A stretch of 58,612 nt of DNA, the filler included, from Sphacelaria rigidula (lineage: Eukaryota), in the NCBI GenBank assembly GCA_964200075.2. It is 9 parts of 9 records of this genome, joined end to end, with 100 filler letters (N's around TTAATTAATTAA, not from the genome) between each part and the next. Parts side by side here need not be neighbours in the genome. Positions count along the whole stretch, not along the records: positions 45,667 to 52,089 come from CAXNAA020020161.1; positions 52,190 to 58,612 come from CAXNAA020020162.1; 7 more parts are not named here. The stretch is one strand, 5' to 3'. The translations under genes and the position numbers were made by a program. How positions within the stretch are numbered: the stretch's first letter is position 1; every line of letters starts with the position of its first letter. Of the stretch, positions 51,788-58,612 are shown in pieces. A model generated the notes under the pieces. The model did no database searches and was not told where the DNA came from. It was given only the letters and a program-made list of their open reading frames with translations.

Positions 51788-52609
51788 ATAATGTCACAAG
51801 TCCAGGAAAAAAACGAGAATCTGCACCTGCTCCCGCAATGTATTATGTCCTTGGGTGCAGAAGGTCTTCGTAAAATTTCAGCTTAAGGGTCGTCGAATTG
51901 GGCGGTGCGTGCAACGTTTTGCGTGACGCTGCTGCACCCCAGTGGTCCAAGTGATGGAGCAGACTTCAATCACGGAGGACACGAGTCCGAATCCCGACAC
52001 AAGCTTTTTTTTTTTCCCCGTCATGACAGTTTTTTTTTTTGCATCATCCCGGGGTGCACATATACAAATTGGGAGGCGTGTACCCAATCNNNNNNNNNNN
52101 NNNNNNNNNNNNNNNNNNNNNNNNNNNNNNNNNTTAATTAATTAANNNNNNNNNNNNNNNNNNNNNNNNNNNNNNNNNNNNNNNNNNNNGTTCGGCGAGT
52201 CGCATGAAGGGTGAGCTGCATCCTGCTTAGATTGTTCGGCCCGAGGCCTACTGGACTTTCCTTCAGGGAGATCATTTCCACCGTGTAAGGTTCACGGACG
52301 GCTTGCATAACACAAGCTCTTACTCACATCATGATGTCTCGTGCATCACAGGGAAGGGGGGGGGGGGGGTACTCATTCGCTGCTTGCCTTATTCGTTTGA
52401 CCGATGACAACGTTGACCCTTGCGAGACGAAACACCGCTCCTACTCCTCATAGACGCATCCAACATTTGAACGCTCATTTCAGTTCATCCCCTCCCTGGT
52501 TCGCGTGTGTAGCCACCATATATCTCCTAAGATATGGTCCAAAAGCGAACAGTTGACCATTGAACCACCAGTGAGCACTCACTGGTTCAATGGGTGAACT
52601 GTTCGCTTC

Positions 52610-53330
52610 TTGATACCATGCACAACCACTCTGACTCAAGCCGTACAAAGCCTTGTTAAGGCCGACTACCTGACCAGATACGGATCCACAACTGGGGGGC
52701 AGGCGCAAGTAGATATTGGTGTCCAACTCCGACTGAATGAAAGCCTGGTCTACATCAAGTGCCGCAAATCCCAATCTAGCTTACAGGCAGCTGCCACTAA
52801 CCTGTTTGACGTAGTAGATGCCGTAGGGACAAATATGTCAAAGTAGTCTACTCCCTTTACCTGACTATATTATATGGCTCCCATACGGGGTTTCGCCCGA
52901 TCAACCATTCCATGCGAATCACCTTTCCACTCATACACCCCCTTCGCGCCCATAATGTTGCACCTCTCTGGATCGTCAGTCACGTCCGCGGACGTTCCGG
53001 CAGCCATAAGCCCATCGAACTCTATCCTCATCGAATCCATCCACACATCTGAGTCTTGTCATGAACATGCCGCAGGATGTGACAACGGCTCCGGCCCCGC
53101 TTTCTTGATGAGACATTTGGGGAGCTCGCCCGGCTTACGGGTAACCTCCTGTACCGTCAGCAGGCCATGGATTATTTCGCCCCTTCCATTAGGCTCTAGC
53201 ACGGTCACGAGTCCAGATGTCTTGATCAAGTTCTTGTTGAATTCACAAGTGGATGTCGGTTGAAGAAGTGCGACTGGGCATCTCCGCCGTTATGATGATG
53301 CGTTGCGTCTCATGTAAAAAGAGCGGTCCT
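52610..53330 (-). pseudogene. Ty1/copia reverse transcriptase fragment
   Basis: SQVKGVDYFDIFVP and LDVDQAFIQSELDTNIYLRLP...LNKALYGLSQSGCAWY. Confidence 0.92.
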
Positions 53331-53437
53331 CGACAAGGTGCGCCCTCTAGTGTAGTACGTTTCCGTGCGTTGCGTGTATTTATTTGCTATGCACCAAACT
53401 GTCCAGTATATGTACTGGATTTGAGCTGACTGCTATA

Positions 53438-53848
53438 TCATAGCAAACCTATCAGCCAACACTGACTGTCGGTGGCAGGCATGAAGTATATTGTGAGGTT
53501 CCGTGCTGTAGCACGGTCAGATATCTCGTTCAGCTTTGAGTGTGATTGATTCAAACGTTCTCGTATTTTCCACTTTGGCAGGTGAATCCATTGCCGCAGG
53601 AACCAGTAGACGATGGCGTCCGCTTGGTTCCCACCGACGCCGACGCAGTCCCCATGACCGCCGCCTTCCGCTGCATATTGCGGGAACAGCGGGTTCCCCA
53701 CATCGATCTCAGATGCCATCGCCTTGACGAGCGCGTACATGAGATCGAAAATGCTCTCAAAGGAGAGCTGAAGGTCGGGCTCGACATTAAAAGCGAAGGA
53801 CTCCGCGTGCCGTTTGTTGTACAGAGGCCAGAATCCAACGGTGAGCAC
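53438..53848 (-). CDS. Unknown, apparently intronless ORF (possibly decayed)
   Basis: 136-aa ORF with globular composition (AFNVEPDLQLSFESIFDLMYALVKAMASEID). No family recognised. Confidence 0.35.
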   Translation of the reverse strand: MLTVGFWPLYNKRHAESFAFNVEPDLQLSFESIFDLMYALVKAMASEIDVGNPLFPQYAAEGGGHGDCVGVGGNQADAIVYWFLRQWIHLPKWKIRERLNQSHSKLNEISDRATARNLTIYFMPATDSQCWLIGLL

Positions 53849-55669
53849 TTTGTCGTGGGTTCGTTCGTTGATCGATCGGCTTCTACTGGTATAGACTTAG
53901 CTTATCCGAGTAGATGATTCACTGGCTTTTGGGGCGCTCGTACAGTCGGAAAGAGGACGATGGGGCGGCATGGATTGGTGAAAATCGTCCCGTTTCATTG
54001 TTTGAGTCAGGTACCCTGCTGGTGTACCGGATAGTCGGTGGCACATTCCGTGAGAAATCATACAGCTTACCCGTGTTTCTTACAAAGTATACATTGTCTA
54101 GGAACGTTCTGTTTGTTTGCTCGTGTCAACCCAATGGATGAGGCGAGGTATATGGTGTGTTGATATGTCATCGACGAGTAGTATCTCCTCCACTGTAACG
54201 TCATGTTACACGTTGAAGCGTGGACGACGTGGGAGCACGCTCACCCTTTTCTCTAGACCCTCGTGGGTACAGTGAAACGTAATATCAGTTGCTCTATTTC
54301 GGTAAGGCCCACTGCTCACCGCTTGATAAGAGCGTTGGTGAGAGGCCTTACTGACAACGGCGAGATATGAGGCCCGCACGCACTAAGCTACCATACAAAC
54401 AACACGCGGTATATCAGGGATCACGCTATTGTTCCGCGTTGGTGGATGCGCCGGTAGATCTACGAGATCATACAAGTTCCGATCAGGATATGGACATTTA
54501 CCTGGACCGTCCATTTGCGGTTTTACATATACGAGTAATGATGAACCACCGAAAATGAATCCTGATCATCTAGAATCTCTGTCCAGACCTGATTGTCCCT
54601 GATAGACGTCTAACCAGGAAGTGGACGTCCATCCGGAGCATTTCGTGTCCTGATGCATGTTTGGTTTGGCGGTTGTTTCGCGTGCAGATTCTTCCTCACA
54701 ACCGAACTCGAACTCCTGTCCCAAGATGGGCGATAGACACCAAAGGGACACGTGTGCCTGGTACAAGTAGTGGTGCAACAGAAGAGATTTGAGCCACTCG
54801 GCGTGCAATGGCATGCTGCCGATGGCTCTTCCCGCCACATTTTACTGCCCACCACGATCCGTTGGTGTCCAAGCATTCAAGGACGGAAACGCGAATGCTC
54901 TTGTGCCGCAGTTGACAGCAGTAGGGGTTGTGTGAGAAAACTCATCGCTGCCGTTACATGTGTGTTGCGTGCGGACGGGTGTGTTGGATTGTGCTAATCC
55001 TGCTCATTTGACTGTGGGGGTGTACTTATGATCTTGCATGCTGTGATCATATAATCATTAACCTCGCATCCCTCCAAAGTCGGGACGCACGGAGCCGGCC
55101 GACCGTGATGTTTTCGGCGAGTCGCATTAGGGGCGAGGTACATTCTGCTACGAGTTTCCGGCCCGAGGCACACTGATCATCTTGAATATTGATGACAACC
55201 TCCAATGAGTTGCTTCATTTGCTGGTGTCGCCACTTTCAGATACAACCACGGCTTGCACACCGCCTCACAGGTATCTTACCATACACTTGGCTGTGGGAG
55301 GGGGGCTTCCCAAAATATATGGCACAGAAACAAAGCAGAACCACACACATCCGCAAGCGCCGCCTACAGCACGTACACGCTACAGCAAACACGTCACGTC
55401 ATTCAGCTTTTGGCAGCCGCTGCTTGTATTAATGGTGACCAAGCTCGGCCCAAACTTCGTAAAGCGCTTGGGCGCTGGAAGAGCAGCGCCATGCGGCATG
55501 TGCTGCGACAAATTTGTGGACTGGCGTACGCCGGTTGTACGCAGTGCATTGCGCACTATTAGAGTACACCTCTGAGTTAGCGCGACCTGATGAAGCACAA
55601 TGTAAGATACATCCGTCGGGCGTGCACCTTTGTTAGCGCGCGCTGATAGAATACCGTGTTCTATTACGC

Positions 55670-56050
55670 AAAGATGGACGTCCCAGATAGACATATCAAA
55701 TCCATGCGAGATCCCGATGGGTGTCCCAGATGGATGCTCGAAATGAATGGGGCGTTCCAGATGAATACCTCAGATGGGCATCTCAGATGAATCTAGATAA
55801 ATATACATCGCAAGTAGGCATCTGCTACAAATGTCCTTATCCCATATGCGTGTGTCGGAGGGACCTGATATCTGAAATAGATGCTCCAGATCCATCAATA
55901 TCCATGTAGTACCCTCGATAGATATCCGTATGGATATCTGAAATGGGTTCAACCGTATGTATGGTACCCCAGATGAATATCTCTTTGGATATCTAATATT
56001 TACGTTTACATCTGTGACGGATCCTAGATGGGTATATCCATATTTCAAAT
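55670..56050. repeat. CAGATG/CATCTG-GATATC motif-rich degenerate array
   Basis: Repeated (c)cagatg(g/a) words at short spacing and in both orientations. Confidence 0.7.
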
Positions 56051-57220
56051 CAGTGGGGGTGCCTGACATTTTTCAACATGGTCTCAGTGTCCCACTGTTG
56101 GGATTTCCATTATACTAGTGAAGCGTGAACCGCAGGTGTACGCGAAATGTGATTGTCGGCTCCGCGCACGACGACGCATGGCTTCGACAAGAAACCCGGT
56201 TGCAAGCGTTCAGACGCAAAAAAACGAGAGGTGAAGAAGACGCATGAGAACTGTACACATTTGAACTACACAGTGTCCGTTGCTCTGCAGCAGTGCTCAG
56301 CACACTTCGAGACCCGTCCACTGAAGGATCGAACACAAGGAGTGACTACTATTGTGTACAAACGGTAGCAATTGAATTTGTTTTTCGATCACAGACATCC
56401 TTGAAGATAGAACCATTTTGCAATAACTTTCTACTATCACGACGAACTAGAAAGTCATTAAGGCATATGAGCACCGAATTCATTGATGCCAACTTTTCAA
56501 CAAACAAGGGCAAAGTATCATCTCTGCTACCTTGTATTGTCCGTAGTTTTCAGTCTCCACAATCATGCACACATACTCCACAAAAGGAATGCCACCTGCA
56601 GCTATCTCGCGTCATACGCAAGTGTACAGAGTGCTTTTACACGACAACTCCAATAATACCTATCCTCACCATATATATACATATATATATATACTGAAGT
56701 CCAACATATCTCAATTAGCAGAAGATGTATCTCTCCGCAATCGTTCAAGTGATGCACACACTATACGAAGAAGGTTTTGTTTATAGGTGTGAGGAAGGCG
56801 TATCGCTAGAGTAGACAGACTAAGAAGGAAGCTGTCTTGGTAGATGTCGTTCTGATGCCGAAGGCACTCTAAGGCTGGCGATGATTTCCTCTTGTATATG
56901 TAGGCAAGAAATTGTGTCAGACGAGAAGCGGTCGCCAGGGACGACCAGTTCCTCGCGGGATGTTGGACCGCCCTAATACCAGACTCTTCCTGGCATCACC
57001 CCGGGTTGTCTAGTTTCGTTGGCATTACAGGGTTCTCGGTAATCCGGTCCTTCCGGACCGTCCCTACCTTGTCCCTGCTTGCGCTGGTTCTTTATACATG
57101 TGTGGCATCAGTCTCTGCTATGTCACTACAAAGAGGTGTCTTCCACATAGGTATCAATACTTCCACACGTCGGACAGATCAGCTCCCTAGAGCTCGAGCT
57201 AGCTCTTTTTGAGCGTAGTT

Positions 57221-57677
57221 CCCTGGTGAGCTATGAGAGCTACATGAGCTACGCATATCTTTTCTGGGGTGAGCTGTCAGAGCTGTATGAGCTACGCATG
57301 TTTACCGTACGTGAGCTACCAACCCGTAGCTCATCAGCTCAAATACATTCTGAGTGAGCTATGGGAACTGTACGTGCTACGCACGTTTGCGATAGGTGAG
57401 CTACCAACCCGTAGCTCATCAGCTCAGTTTCGTCCTAGGTGAGCCATGAGAGCTGCGTGAGCTACGCATGTTTGCCCTGGGTGAGCTACCAACCCGTGGC
57501 TCATCAACTCATATTTGTCCTGGGTGAGCTATGAGAGCTGCATGAGCTACACATGTTTGCCCTGGGTGAGCTATGAGAGATCCATGAGCTACACGTGTTC
57601 GCCCCGGATGAGCTATGGGACATGCATGAGCTACACATGTTTGCCCTGGATGAGCTATGAGAGCTATGAGAGCTACG
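57221..57677. repeat. Tandem array of 42-43 bp units starting GTGAGCTA, with A and B subtypes
   Basis: A: gtgagctatgagagctgcatgagctacgcatgtttgccctgg. B: gtgagctaccaacccgtagctcatcagctcatattcgccctgg. About 11 units. Confidence 0.95.
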
Positions 57678-58124
57678 ATTGCTTATCCCTTTGACCACGA
57701 GGGTCGGAAGTCTCTGAATCGACATCATTCACACACGAAAAAGGAAGTGAATTATGCTGATTTATCAGATTGCCTACCCTCGCGATCAAAGTGCTAACCA
57801 CTTCACGGCGAGCATAAGTAATCTGTTGAATCGACTCCAATTTCACTTGAAAAACGTATGCGTGACCAGATGGACTCGTACCCTCGCGGCCAACCGATCA
57901 AAAGGAATGACTCGGTCGATTATTGTAGACACTGAAAATCAATATTGTTTTTTCACCATCCGACCATGCGAACGAGGATATGTGTTGGCTTCTATTCTTC
58001 CTATCGCAAAGAGTGAGGCAAAACATCACAACCTAATGATGTGTGGCGCCATCGTTCAAACCGGTCGAACAAGAATATTACATCATGAGCGACACGGGGT
58101 TGGCCAGCGTCGAGCTGGGCATAT

Positions 58125-58528
58125 CACGTGAGTGAGCCACGACCATGTGTCCCTGGGGTGAGCTACCGGGCGTAGCTCATCCGCATATGTTTTCCCTCGG
58201 TGAGCTACGTGAGCTACATATGTTTGCCTTCGGTGAGCTATCGAGCGTAGCTCATCCGCATATGTTTTCCCTCGGTGAGCTGTGAGAGCTACATCAGCTG
58301 CACATGTTTGCCCTGGGTGAGCTATCAACCCGTGGCTCATCAGCTCATATTCGCCCTGGGTGAGCTATGGGAGCTGCATGAGCGACGCACGTTTGCCCTG
58401 GGTGAGCTACCAACCCGTAGCTCATCAGCTCATATTCGCCCTGGGTGAGCTATGAGAGCTGCATGAGCTACGCATGTTTGTTCTGGGTGAGCTACCAACT
58501 CGTAGCGGACCAGCGCACGTTTACCTTG
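58125..58528. repeat. Second array of the same 42-43 bp family (A, B and C subtypes)
   Basis: About 9-10 units in the same orientation. C: gtgagctaccgggcgtagctcatccgcatatgttttccctcg. Confidence 0.95.
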
Positions 58529-58612
58529 TAACAGCCGATCCTAATTCTTAGGGTTGAAACATAACATGAGGTTGAAGTCCCATTTCTCCATTGCAGGGAA
58601 GATACGAAAGAG

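Noticed and set aside
57221..58528. CRISPR-like array
   Set aside because: The variable parts recur as subtypes rather than unique spacers, there are no cas genes, and the context is eukaryotic.

Overview
Eukaryotic, intron-rich and transposon-rich DNA. The intron style, TTAGGG-type repeats and repeat landscape suggest a brown alga (Ectocarpus-like stramenopile); this is an inference. The window is not one locus. It is nine contigs of 6424 or 6423 bp, sorted by length and joined by identical 100-nt linkers (N44-TTAATTAATTAA-N44), so gene neighbourhood is meaningful only within a contig. Genes supported by phase-consistent exon chains: (1) a partial 7TM-RGS receptor-like gene (+, 796-5192); (2) a UMP-CMP/adenylate kinase family gene (-, 39448-43033) with a GC-AG intron and a C-terminal extension resembling the CaMKII hub/NTF2-like first helix; (3) two exons of an unknown low-complexity protein (-, 8280-10711); (4) a + strand gene piece with a split Cys-pair zinc-finger-like motif interrupted by an in-frame TAA. 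Contig 3 carries a co-oriented cluster of intronless, partly decayed ORFs (SET-like, Skp1/BTB-like) that may be viral or transposon cargo. The rest is decayed LINEs, a Ty1/copia RT fragment, a tRNA-derived SINE, an abundant poly(C)-tailed retroposon family, several MITE families (some nested) and a 42-43 bp higher-order hairpin tandem array. No CRISPR array, rRNA or functional tRNA is supported.
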